From assembly GCA_963666975.2 (NCBI GenBank), contig CAXVYR010000002.1, positions 256,001-320,000 on the forward strand: a stretch of 64,000 bases of DNA, given 5' to 3'. Positions 17,733-26,828 of the stretch are shown here, one piece after another; the first letter of the stretch is position 1; each line of letters opens with the position of its first letter. The notes under the pieces were generated by a model that did no database searches, had not been told where the DNA came from, and saw only the letters and a list, made by a program, of their open reading frames with translations. Source of the DNA: Terriglobia bacterium (GTDB taxonomy: Bacteria; Acidobacteriota; Terriglobia; 2-12-FULL-54-10). The position numbers were made by a program, and so were the translations under genes.

Positions 17733-20467
17733 ACGACCGCTGGCGAATTCCCAAAGCGATCGTGAAACGCGAGCTGACCAGCTACTTCAGCAGTCCCACA
17801 GGCTACGTTTTCATTACGCTGTTCGTCTTTCTGAGCGCGGTAGCCGCCTTTTGGCAGGAGGCGTTTTTCAATAATAATCTGGCCAACCTCGGTTCCCTGA
17901 ACAGCGTTTTTCCCTACCTGCTTCTTTTTCTGATCCCGGCCATCACAATGAACTTGTGGGCCGAAGAGAAACGCAACGGGACCGATGAGTTGTTGCTGAC
18001 CCTTCCGGCTACCGACCTGGAGATTGTCGCCGGCAAGTACATGGCGGCCCTGGCGATCTATTCGGTGGCCCTGGTGTTCTCGCTGAGTCATCTGATCGTG
18101 CTCTGGTGGCTGGGAAGCCCCGACGTAGGCCTGATGTTCTCCACCTATTTCGGGTATTGGCTGATGGGCGCGGCGCTGATGGCCGTGGGCATGCTGGCCT
18201 CTCTTCTAACGGCCAATCTCACCGTTGCCTTTATTCTGGGATCGGTATTCTGCGCAGTGCCGGTATTTATCATTCATGCCGGCGCCATCTTGAGCGGAGG
18301 GCCGCGGCGGCTGGTCGAGGGGCTGTCGTTTACCGAACAGTTCCGCGATCTCTCCAACGGAGTGATTTCGTTGTCCTCGGTGATCTACTTTGTTACCTTC
18401 GCTCTGGCGATGCTGTATCTCAATGTTGCCCTGCTGGGGCGGCGTCACTGGCCGAGCCGCAAAGGCTCCGAGCCGCTCGGGCGCCATACCCTGGTTCGGG
18501 GCGCGGCGTTGCTTGTGATCGTCGCCAGCATCACCATTCTGGCGGTGCGGCTGGGTGGACGCATCGACTCCACCGCCGAGCGGCTCCATTCGCTCTCCGT
18601 GGAAACCGAGAAGCTCATCGACGGGCTCAATTCCGATCTCCCGGTATTTATTCAAGCCTATCTGAGTCCGGTTGTGCCCCGCCGCTATTTGCAAACCCGG
18701 AACAACATTATCAGCGTGCTGCGGGAGCTGGATGCCATGGGAGGCAACCGCATCCACGTCCAAATCCTTGAGACAGAAAAATACAGCCCCGCAGCGCGCG
18801 AAGCGCAAGACCTTTACGGCATCCGGCCGCGGCCCATTGCAGTGTGGGAGCAAACCGCCGGAAGCGACGCCGAGATTTACATGGGAATCGCATTTCGTTC
18901 CGGAGGCGAGGAGTTCGTGATTCCGTTTTTCGATCCGGGCCTGGCCGCCGAGTACGAACTGATGCGTTCCATCCGGTTGGTTGCTCACGCCGAGCGCAAG
19001 AAGGTGGGGATTCTGAAAACCAAAGCCGAGATCTTCGGCGGTTTTGACTTCCAGACCCGTGTGCCGACGCCCGACTGGTCCATAGTCGAGGAGTTGCGCA
19101 AGCAATACGAAGTGGTGCAGGCTCGTGCCGGGGCGGACTACCCAGAGGACATCGACGTACTGATTGCGGTCCTGCCGCATACGCTGGAGGTGCCAGAGTT
19201 GGATCGGTTAACCAGTTACGTTCGCGAGGGACATCCCTTGCTGCTGCTGGTCGATCCGTTGCCGGCCTTCAATATGGAGCTTTCGCCGCAGCCGGCTCCG
19301 TCCAGCCCCTTTCCTTTTAACCGGCCCCCTCCCCCCCAGCCGACCGACATCACGCCTTTGATGGACGCGCTGGGAGTTGCGTGGTCCAAGGAGGAGGTTG
19401 CCTGGGATCAATACAATCCACATCCGCAGTTCGGCGCCATGCCGGAAGAGGTGATTTTTGTCGCGGCGGGCAACGAAGCGGCTGAGGGGGCCTTCAACAG
19501 CGACGAGCCGGTTTCTGCGGGCTTGCAGGAGATGGTGCTGCTCTATCCGGGCCGTTTGCAGCCTGCTGCAGAAGCGGCTGAGGACCAGGCGACTGCGGGT
19601 GAAACGCCAGAGGTTGAAACGACAGAAGAAGGTGCGGGTGAGGGCGAAGCAACGGATGAACCGGCGGAAAAGGAGACGTTTGAGTTTGTCTCTTTGCTTG
19701 AAACGGGCAGAGACTCCGGCGTTGTCCCCTGGCAGTACGTGGTGCAGCCTTCGCTGTTTGGGATGCAGATCAATCCGAACCCTCCGCATGAGGCGGATGC
19801 GGAAGCCCACATCCTGGCTGCGCGGGTGACCGGCTCCGCAGCGGAGAACCCGGTCCGCGCCATTGTCATCGCCGATGTCGATATGATGAGCGAGCAGTTT
19901 TTTGAGCTGCGCCGTCAGGGTATTGCGAACCTGAACTTTGATAACGTCACATTCTTGCTGAACGCAGTGGACCAACTGGCCGGGGACGAGTCCTTTATCG
20001 CTCTGCGCAAGCGCCGGCCGCGGCACAGGACGCTCGAGGCCGTCGAGGCCCGCACGCGGGTGTACGAGCAGCGCCGTCTGGAGGAGACCCAGCAGGCCGA
20101 GGCAAACGCGGAGGAACGACTGCTGGAAGCGCAAATCCGGCTGGAGGGCGCCGTGGAAGCGTTGCGCCAGCGCAGCGACCTGGACCGGCAGACCAAACAG
20201 ATCATGGTCGCCAATCTGGAGCAGGTAGAGAACCGCCGCCTGGCCGTCGCCCGCGGCAACATCGCGGACCGGAGGCAGCAGCAGATTGAGCGCAGCCGGG
20301 CCGACATGGAAACCTCCATTCGCGGTATTCGGAGTACGATCCAATTGCTGGCCGTTGTGCTGCCGCCCATTCCGGCCTTGGTGCTTTTTGTGTTTGTTTC
20401 CCTCCGGCGGCTCCGGCGGGAAAAGATCGGCATTTCACCTGACCGTTTGGTCCAGGACCGGAGATAG
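17729..20467 (+). CDS. Fused ABC-2 permease and GldG-like auxiliary domain (GldF-GldG-like)
   Basis: KRELTSYFSSPTGY, WAEEKRNGTDELLLTLP, multiple TMs, then HSLS...periplasmic domain and C-terminal TM. Confidence 0.88.
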   Translation: MNDRWRIPKAIVKRELTSYFSSPTGYVFITLFVFLSAVAAFWQEAFFNNNLANLGSLNSVFPYLLLFLIPAITMNLWAEEKRNGTDELLLTLPATDLEIVAGKYMAALAIYSVALVFSLSHLIVLWWLGSPDVGLMFSTYFGYWLMGAALMAVGMLASLLTANLTVAFILGSVFCAVPVFIIHAGAILSGGPRRLVEGLSFTEQFRDLSNGVISLSSVIYFVTFALAMLYLNVALLGRRHWPSRKGSEPLGRHTLVRGAALLVIVASITILAVRLGGRIDSTAERLHSLSVETEKLIDGLNSDLPVFIQAYLSPVVPRRYLQTRNNIISVLRELDAMGGNRIHVQILETEKYSPAAREAQDLYGIRPRPIAVWEQTAGSDAEIYMGIAFRSGGEEFVIPFFDPGLAAEYELMRSIRLVAHAERKKVGILKTKAEIFGGFDFQTRVPTPDWSIVEELRKQYEVVQARAGADYPEDIDVLIAVLPHTLEVPELDRLTSYVREGHPLLLLVDPLPAFNMELSPQPAPSSPFPFNRPPPPQPTDITPLMDALGVAWSKEEVAWDQYNPHPQFGAMPEEVIFVAAGNEAAEGAFNSDEPVSAGLQEMVLLYPGRLQPAAEAAEDQATAGETPEVETTEEGAGEGEATDEPAEKETFEFVSLLETGRDSGVVPWQYVVQPSLFGMQINPNPPHEADAEAHILAARVTGSAAENPVRAIVIADVDMMSEQFFELRRQGIANLNFDNVTFLLNAVDQLAGDESFIALRKRRPRHRTLEAVEARTRVYEQRRLEETQQAEANAEERLLEAQIRLEGAVEALRQRSDLDRQTKQIMVANLEQVENRRLAVARGNIADRRQQQIERSRADMETSIRGIRSTIQLLAVVLPPIPALVLFVFVSLRRLRREKIGISPDRLVQDRR

Positions 20468-20521
20468 CCTTGCCAGCCTTGATCTTGTAGGCAAGGGAAC
20501 GTCTGCGGAGAGAGCATACCG

Positions 20522-21835
20522 ATGACGGAACTGAAAAAAACGGGGATATTTTGTCTGGCCGCGCTCCTTTTGGCGGTTGCCGCCTTGGTGTTCGACACGG
20601 GAGGAGTCACTCCGGAGATTTTCAGCGACCAGGGTGATCCTTTTTATCCGGATTTCACCGATCCCCAGGCTCCCAAGGCCATTGAAGTGATTGACTACGA
20701 CGAAGCCACGGCAACCGCGCATCCGCTCAAGGTGGAGTTCCGGGACAACCAGTGGAGCATTCCCTCGCATTACAGCTACCCGGCCGACGCCCAGGACCGC
20801 CTGCCCAAAACGGCCGCCGCCCTGATGGAGTTGCGGAAAGACGCCATTGTCTCCGATAGCGTCGAGGACCACAGCGTCTATGGAGTCGTCGATCCTATAG
20901 ACCCGGCTGCCACAACGCTCACGGGACGGGGCAAACGAATCACTCTGCGGAATGAAAACGGAGATGTGCTGGCCGATTTCGTCGTGGGCAATGCTGTGGA
21001 GGACAAACCCGGCTATCGTTACCTGCGGGTTCCAGGCCAGAGGCGTACCTACGCCGTCCAGACCGATGCCGATGTCTCCGCCAGTTTTGTTGATTGGATT
21101 GAGACGGATTTGCTAAAGCTTTCCGTCGGGTATATCCAAAAGATCGCCGTCAACAGCTACTCGATCAATGAGACCTTCGGGAGGATCGAAAACGTGGAGC
21201 GGCTGACGCTCGTCAAAGCGGAAGACAAGTGGACGCTCAGCGGCGGCGGCGATCCCAACGATGACAAAATGAGGGCTCTCACCGACGCGCTGGACAATCT
21301 CCGGATCGTTGACGTGCAGCCGAAGCCGCCCAACCTGACGCGCGACCTCAAGACCCGCGAGGGCATTCAGTTGTCCGTGGATTCAGTGATGTCCCTACAG
21401 CAGAAGGGATTTTTTGTCACCCAAAACGGCCAGTTGTTTTCCAATGAGGGCGAGGTTGTTGTCGATACGGTCAACGGGTTGCAGTACACGCTCCGCTTCG
21501 GAGAGATTGCTTCCGGCGGGCCGTCTGCACCGGAGGAAACCAGCGGTGAATCGGCGGAGCAAACCGAGAGTGCCGGTGAAACAGAGGAGCGTCGATACCT
21601 GTTCATCACCGTGAACTACAGCGAAGCCCGTGCCCGGCAGTACTCCGGCGGCGAGGACTCCAGCGAAGAGGCCGAAGTTGACGACGCGGGCGAAGAGCTG
21701 GCGACGGAACTGCAAAACCGCTTCGCCGACTGGTACTACGTCATCACCGGCGCTGATTTCAACATCCTGAGGCCGCGGCGGCAGTATCTGTTGAGGGCCA
21801 CTCCTGCCTCTCCCTCTGTCGCCTCCAGCTTGTGA
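20522..21835 (+). CDS. DUF4340-like membrane-anchored protein
   Basis: N-terminal TM, W...Y.YPAD, YLR...TY pattern; typical third partner of GldAFG-like systems. Confidence 0.75.
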   Translation: MTELKKTGIFCLAALLLAVAALVFDTGGVTPEIFSDQGDPFYPDFTDPQAPKAIEVIDYDEATATAHPLKVEFRDNQWSIPSHYSYPADAQDRLPKTAAALMELRKDAIVSDSVEDHSVYGVVDPIDPAATTLTGRGKRITLRNENGDVLADFVVGNAVEDKPGYRYLRVPGQRRTYAVQTDADVSASFVDWIETDLLKLSVGYIQKIAVNSYSINETFGRIENVERLTLVKAEDKWTLSGGGDPNDDKMRALTDALDNLRIVDVQPKPPNLTRDLKTREGIQLSVDSVMSLQQKGFFVTQNGQLFSNEGEVVVDTVNGLQYTLRFGEIASGGPSAPEETSGESAEQTESAGETEERRYLFITVNYSEARARQYSGGEDSSEEAEVDDAGEELATELQNRFADWYYVITGADFNILRPRRQYLLRATPASPSVASSL

Positions 21836-21868
21836 GCGGGCAAATCTTGCCTGCCGTGCTTTAATCAG

Positions 21869-21942
21869 TTTCACAGTTCCTACATAGTCCGAGCCGCGAC
21901 CGTGAGGGAGCGGGTAAAATGGCGTTTTTCAACAACCTGCTG
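21869..21942 (+). repeat. Dispersed repeat family A, copy 1
   Basis: TTTCACAGTTC...TAGTCCGAGCCGCG...GAGCGG...GTTTTTCAACAACC; also at 24096 (+) and 54660 (-). Confidence 0.75.
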
Positions 21943-21944
21943 GA

Positions 21945-22074
21945 GCATTTCACCAATTGGTGTAGTCTGGCTAATCCTTGGCAACCACGGCGAACGCTGT
22001 CATCCCGAGCGAAGTCGAGGGAAAAGCGCTCGTCGTGGCTACCAGCGCCCGATTTACACCAAGGAGAGAAATGC
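21945..22074. repeat. MITE-like element with imperfect terminal IRs
   Basis: GCATTTCACCAATTGGTGTA ... TACACCAAGGAGAGAAATGC with an internal GTCATCCCGAGCGAAGTCGAGGGA palindrome; resembles 26571-26781. Confidence 0.6.
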
Positions 22075-22181
22075 TTTAGAAATTTTTGTTAGCGGAACCG
22101 CTGGAACGCCCTTCCTTACCTGCGACCGACGCACGGAAAGAACTCCCTCAAGCTTTCTTGCGGCTCACCGCACTTATACTC

Positions 22182-23924
22182 TTACCGAACCTGCACTTTC
22201 ACCATCTTCGATGGCGGACGGTAAGCGGGGATCCACAGCGTGGGCCGGTCGGCGGTCCGGTCGACCGTTAGATCGCGGACCTCATACGGCAAGGGCATAA
22301 AGAATTCCGTAGTCTTCTCAGTTCTCATATCGAGACGGAAGATTCGGCTGTTATTGAAGTCCGTTGCCCAAACCCACTGATTCTTATTGTCGACCGACAT
22401 AGAGTAGGGCGCGGGAAACGGGGAGCCGAAAGGCTTCGAGCCGGGAACGAGCGGAAATTCTTTGACTTCGCCTTTGTTCGCATCGAACATGCCGATCCTG
22501 CCGGCAAAGTAGAGGCCGACCCAGAGGCGGTCTTGCGCGTCCATCTCCCCGCGCCGGGGACCGGATTGCGGCGTAGGAGTGGGAAAGTCGGCGTACTCTT
22601 CCGTTCTGGGATCAAACATTCCGATTTTGCCGTTGCGCCATACGTTCAGGATGGACCTGCCTTGCGAATCCACTTCCATATCATAGGTGCCGTCATTCGG
22701 AGGAATCGTGTACTCCTGCACTGCTCCGCTCTCCATGTCGACCTTGTAAAGGGCGCCCTCGTCGTCGGTGTGCCAAACGTTGCCTGCCGGGTCGATTCCA
22801 AACATGTTGGAGCCTGAAGTCCGGGGCGTGAATTGTTCCGTCTGGGGATTGAAGCTGATAGTAGCTTCGCGCAAACCGAACACCACATTCCCTTGGGGAT
22901 CAAAAGTGATGTCGTGCGAGCCTCCGGCTGGATTGCCTGCACGCGCCTGCCCCGCAGGTTCGCTGACCCTTCCGCTCCCAGAAGGTATTGGATACGGAAA
23001 TTCCTTCACTTCACCGGTCTTCTTGTCGAGCCTGCCCAGAACATAGGAGAAGTGGTCCGTGTACCATCCGTAATTTGCATCTACGATAATATCGTGGGGC
23101 CAAGCAAACCGCCGGTCCCCGCGAAGCATATAAAGTTCCCGGCTCCCGCCCCGGGGAATGTCGTACTCGGTCACTACAATGCCCGTGGAAGCCTCGCCCG
23201 TTGGCCGGGGGCGCAGTTGGAACGGAAGCTGGTCGGAAGAGCCTGGCCCCCGAATCGAAGCCAGGTAGTCAGCCAGCGGTTCCAGGAACCTCTTTTGGCC
23301 ATAAGCGCTGGTTCCGGGAGCGTCCCGCGAGACGCGTCTTTCCCCTGCCATTCGGCTGATGATCTGAACCCACTCCTGCTTCGTATGCGGGTTTCTGAGG
23401 GCCCACTGCAACGAGTGGCAGTTGCTGCACTGTGTCAGCAAAAACTTCATGTCATCGCTGCCGGGCAGCGCAACCGCAATTTCTGCGGCAGTCGCTTCAC
23501 TGAGCAACGGTTGCCGGGGTCGCAAGGTGAAGTTCAACTCCGCCGTTTTCCCGGCAGTAAGCAGAACGGCTTCCCGGTTGACATGCTCAAAGTCAGGAAG
23601 CTGGATGGCTACGTTATAGGAACCCGGAGCCACGTCCGACCACTCCGGAAATGAGTACTCACCCCGGCGGTTGGTGTAGACACTGACCGTCATGTTGCTG
23701 TTCTGACGATGGGCTCGAACCGGAATGCCCGCCAGCGGCACTCCGCTGGAAGAAGCAACACGGCCGTTGAGAAGCGGCGCTTCCGCGGCGAAGGATGCGG
23801 CCGGCGACACGCAAGCGGCCGCCCAAACGGCCATCAGGATTGCTGCCCGCGTATAGCTCTGAGTATAACTATGGATATTGAGTCTAGGGATAGTGAGCCT
23901 TGGCAATATTGTGGCATTCATCAT
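22182..23924 (-). CDS. Exported protein: carboxypeptidase-regulatory-like domain, monoheme cytochrome c, Vgb-lyase-like beta-propeller
   Basis: Hydrophobic signal; LNGRV...G.PLAG...VYTN..GEY; CSNCH...WVQIISRM; repeated D..G..W...IG.FDP blades. Start approximate. Confidence 0.82.
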   Translation of the reverse strand: MMNATILPRLTIPRLNIHSYTQSYTRAAILMAVWAAACVSPAASFAAEAPLLNGRVASSSGVPLAGIPVRAHRQNSNMTVSVYTNRRGEYSFPEWSDVAPGSYNVAIQLPDFEHVNREAVLLTAGKTAELNFTLRPRQPLLSEATAAEIAVALPGSDDMKFLLTQCSNCHSLQWALRNPHTKQEWVQIISRMAGERRVSRDAPGTSAYGQKRFLEPLADYLASIRGPGSSDQLPFQLRPRPTGEASTGIVVTEYDIPRGGSRELYMLRGDRRFAWPHDIIVDANYGWYTDHFSYVLGRLDKKTGEVKEFPYPIPSGSGRVSEPAGQARAGNPAGGSHDITFDPQGNVVFGLREATISFNPQTEQFTPRTSGSNMFGIDPAGNVWHTDDEGALYKVDMESGAVQEYTIPPNDGTYDMEVDSQGRSILNVWRNGKIGMFDPRTEEYADFPTPTPQSGPRRGEMDAQDRLWVGLYFAGRIGMFDANKGEVKEFPLVPGSKPFGSPFPAPYSMSVDNKNQWVWATDFNNSRIFRLDMRTEKTTEFFMPLPYEVRDLTVDRTADRPTLWIPAYRPPSKMVKVQVR

Positions 23925-24095
23925 ATAGCTGACCTTTCTCCAGATTTCTTGGAACTCCGCCGGAATACTCGAATACAACCTTATCGGAGAAGTCTGTCTG
24001 TCTGTCCGGGATTCTACGCCAGTTACCCTTGCAGGTCGAATCGGAAATTCACATAGCTTCCTAGGTGATATCACGGCTTGTTTTGGCTAAGCCCG

Positions 24096-24170
24096 TTTCA
24101 CAGTTCGTGTATAGTCCGAGCCGCGCGTGTTAGCAAGCGGACCCATACACCAGTTTTTCAACAACCCCTT
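24096..24170 (+). repeat. Dispersed repeat family A, copy 2
   Basis: TTTCACAGTTCGTGTATAGTCCGAGCCGCG...AAGCGG...GTTTTTCAACAACC. Confidence 0.75.
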
Positions 24171-24210
24171 AGACCGTCTGATACATGAGGGGCGGGCCGG
24201 CTCCTGGTTT

Positions 24211-24308
24211 CACTGATCATAGTTGCACTGATCATAGTTGCACTGATCCTTGATGCATTATGGATGCATTATGGATGCACTCTGGATGCACTATGGATGC
24301 ACTATGGA
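24211..24308. repeat. Short tandem repeats (15-mer x2.5, 11-mer x~5)
   Basis: CACTGATCATAGTTG twice plus a partial copy, then (TGGATGCAYTA)n-like units. Confidence 0.85.
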
Positions 24309-25159
24309 ACCGGCAGAAGCGGCTTCTGGTCTGGCGACAGTTGCTGATCGAACGTAGTCAGCAACACGGCGGTGCTCGCATAGTTGCCCATCAAGGAAAC
24401 CATGTCGACGAGAGTCTTGTTTCCAAACAGCTGCAAGGCGCGCGCGAAAGTATCCGGGCTGAGCCGGTGGTTCCTGAAGACTTCGCGGCCGAGCCGGATG
24501 ATGGACGCCTCTTTTTCGCCCAGTCCCGTAAGGGGCTTGCGGAGCCTGACGACGTCAATGATCGCAGGTTCCAGGCCTTCCTGTAGTGCCACGCCTTCGC
24601 GGCCGAGCCGGATGATGGACGCCTCTTTTTCGCCCAGTCCCGTAAGGGGCTTGCGGAGCCTGACGACGTCAATGATCGCAGGTTCCAGGCCTTCCTGTAG
24701 TGCCACGCCTTCGTGAACCGTCCACTCAAACTGCTGGTCCATTTCGCGGGCCGTCACCAGGATAGCCAGTTCCGTCAGCCGGCGTCCGAGGTCGGATTCG
24801 TACCGGAGATATTCGCTTTCCCTCGCGCGCAGGCTGTGGAGCCGTATCCCCGCCGGTCCCTGCAGCCCGGCGAGCGAGCGGGGGTTGCTGACGGCGGAGT
24901 CGTAGGCCTTTTTTCCCTGCTCGTCCATGTCCTCTCGTTGGATCAGGGGAAGGCGGTTGCGTGAGTCGGGATAGACATCATCGGGAAACTCTGCCGCGGA
25001 TGTTTGAGAAGATGCTTGCGACGATGTTTGAGAAGATGCTTGCGGGGCGCCACCGACAGGCGATGCGGGTTGTTGCGATACGCTGTTCTGCCCGCACCCC
25101 ACGGCGGCCCATGTTCCAGCGACCAGCAAAAAAGCTCCCAGGGTTTGAAACAGTCTCAT
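24302..25159 (-). CDS. Carboxymuconolactone-decarboxylase/AhpD-like probable lipoprotein with an internal 38-aa duplication
   Basis: AVGC lipobox-like signal; SRNRLP, TELAILVTARE...FEWTVHE..AL..GL pattern; exact 114-bp tandem repeat. Confidence 0.8.
   Translation of the reverse strand: MRLFQTLGAFLLVAGTWAAVGCGQNSVSQQPASPVGGAPQASSQTSSQASSQTSAAEFPDDVYPDSRNRLPLIQREDMDEQGKKAYDSAVSNPRSLAGLQGPAGIRLHSLRARESEYLRYESDLGRRLTELAILVTAREMDQQFEWTVHEGVALQEGLEPAIIDVVRLRKPLTGLGEKEASIIRLGREGVALQEGLEPAIIDVVRLRKPLTGLGEKEASIIRLGREVFRNHRLSPDTFARALQLFGNKTLVDMVSLMGNYASTAVLLTTFDQQLSPDQKPLLPVP
24481..24713. repeat. Perfect 114-bp tandem duplication
   Basis: Unit starts at 24481 and 24595; CTTCG microhomology recurs at 24709. 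Confidence 0.95.
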
Positions 25160-25332
25160 TTCCTTTCACCTCCTGCGGGAGAAATTATGATTTTGTCCGA
25201 AATTTCCGATGTCGAGCTTCTCTTCGTCCTAAAGCATACGCAAGCCGGCGTGCCGACTCAAGCCTGCCGGGCAGTATCGTTTTCGGCCAATTCCGCTTGC
25301 CCATTCCCCGCTTCGCAGCGGCCTCTCAACAA

Positions 25333-25361
25333 TTGCTTTACCCTATGACCTCGTGTACCCT
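25333..25361 (+). promoter_or_regulatory. Sigma70-like promoter of the TlpA-like gene
   Basis: TTGCTT-17bp-TACCCT; shares CCTCGTGTA with 26293 and 46342. Confidence 0.5.
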
Positions 25362-25399
25362 TTTCCTAAGTATTCCTATTCAAGAGGGAGGCGGGGCAC

Positions 25400-26230
25400 A
25401 TGCGGTATTGGGGATTAATATTGCTCCTCGGTGCGGGGCTGCTGATTGCGCTCACACTAGGCGTGCGGGATATCCGCCGGGCTCAATCCGAATTGGGGCA
25501 GCCGGTCGGCAGCGGCTCCGCAACGGACATCCCAACCATACGGTTCGTGAAGAACCCCTCTCCTGTGCCGGAATTTACCTATGAAGACCTGGAAGGACGA
25601 AGCCAGGGCACGCGTGACTGGCTGGGCAAAGTGGTTCTGTTGAATTTCTGGGCCACATGGTGCCCGCCTTGCCGGGCGGAGATTCCCGACCTGATCCGGC
25701 TGCAGACCGAGTATGCGGACCGTTTGCTGATTGTCGGGCTCTCGACCGACGCTGAGGGAAAAGAAATAGTGCAGTCATTTGTGGAAGAGGCGGGGATCAA
25801 CTACCGGGTAGGCATGTCCACACCGGAGGTGGAAGCAAAATTCGGGGGTGTTTTGGGCCTCCCGACAACTTTCTTGGTGGATACCAGGGGACGAGTCGTA
25901 CAAAAGCATATCGGTTTTGCGAACCCGGAGCTTTACGAAATGGAGATTCGCGCCTTGCTGGATCTCCCCGTCAATGCGAACGTGGAAATGTTTGAGGACG
26001 AGGGACAAGTCTTCCTCTCAAACGCCGCCAATGCAACCGAGTTGCCTGGAGTGGACCTCTCCCAGCTTACTCCGGAACAACGGAAAGCCGCCCTCCGGCA
26101 GCTCAACGAGCAGACATGCACCTGCGGATGCAATTTGACGCTGGCGCAGTGCCGGATCAACGACACCACTTGCGTTGTGAGCACGGAGCTCGCCAATCAA
26201 GTGGTGGAGGAAATTATAGCCTCTCAGTAG
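25400..26230 (+). CDS. TlpA/ResA-like thiol:disulfide oxidoreductase with Cys-rich C-terminal domain
   Basis: N-terminal TM, LNFWATWCPPCRAEIP, LPTTFLVD..G; C-terminal CTCGC-x6-C-x6-C. Confidence 0.9.
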   Translation: MRYWGLILLLGAGLLIALTLGVRDIRRAQSELGQPVGSGSATDIPTIRFVKNPSPVPEFTYEDLEGRSQGTRDWLGKVVLLNFWATWCPPCRAEIPDLIRLQTEYADRLLIVGLSTDAEGKEIVQSFVEEAGINYRVGMSTPEVEAKFGGVLGLPTTFLVDTRGRVVQKHIGFANPELYEMEIRALLDLPVNANVEMFEDEGQVFLSNAANATELPGVDLSQLTPEQRKAALRQLNEQTCTCGCNLTLAQCRINDTTCVVSTELANQVVEEIIASQ

Positions 26231-26292
26231 AAATCCGAGGCCGCCACCAATCAGCAACGCAGATTTAGGGCACTGCCGTCTCCTACTCTCAA

Positions 26293-26321
26293 TTGATTTA
26301 GCTTCTTTCCTCGTGTAATCT
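26293..26321 (+). promoter_or_regulatory. Sigma70-like promoter with no intact ORF directly downstream
   Basis: TTGATT-17bp-TAATCT; near-copy of 46342-46370 including the downstream GGCGGGAGTAA. Confidence 0.5.
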
Positions 26322-26570
26322 TTCCCCAGCATTTCCAATCAGGCGGGAGTAAAAACGCGGCGGTTTCACCCGAACACCCGAATTTGTTATGCGCCGCGTT
26401 ATGCGTCGCGATGTCACCCAAACAAACAGGGGGGAGTTTGAGCTTGAGGGAACAGGGCGGTTAGCATATGCTTTTGGATTCACTAGATGCTCGAACCGGA
26501 TATTCCCGATCATTGCACAAGGCTTCTGCATCATACTGAGAGATGCTGTTGCGTGAAATGCTGAACTAGA

Positions 26571-26781
26571 GCGTTTTCACAGTTGGTGTAAACCACAACG
26601 CATTGTCATTCCGAGCCCTTTGGCGTTGCTCAGGATAAACTCCGCGAGGAAGCTCGCTTTTCACAATAACAGCCTGTGGAACAAGCAGATTCCTCGGGCC
26701 GACCACAAACCTCGGCCCTCGGAATGACATTCTAAAAAGGTTTTGGAGCAAATCCACGAGCTACACCAACTGTGAAAACGC
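26571..26781. mobile_element. MITE-like non-autonomous element
   Basis: Perfect 20-bp terminal IR GCGTTTTCACAGTTGGTGTA (26571-26590 and 26762-26781); internal GTCATTCCGAG...CTCGGAATGAC palindrome. Confidence 0.75.
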
Positions 26782-26828
26782 CTTAGAACTATATAGCAGC
26801 GGTTCCAGACCATTACCTAAGGGGACTT

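Noticed and set aside
24211-24713. Possible CRISPR array
   Set aside because: Repeats are contiguous without unique spacers, and there are no cas genes in the window
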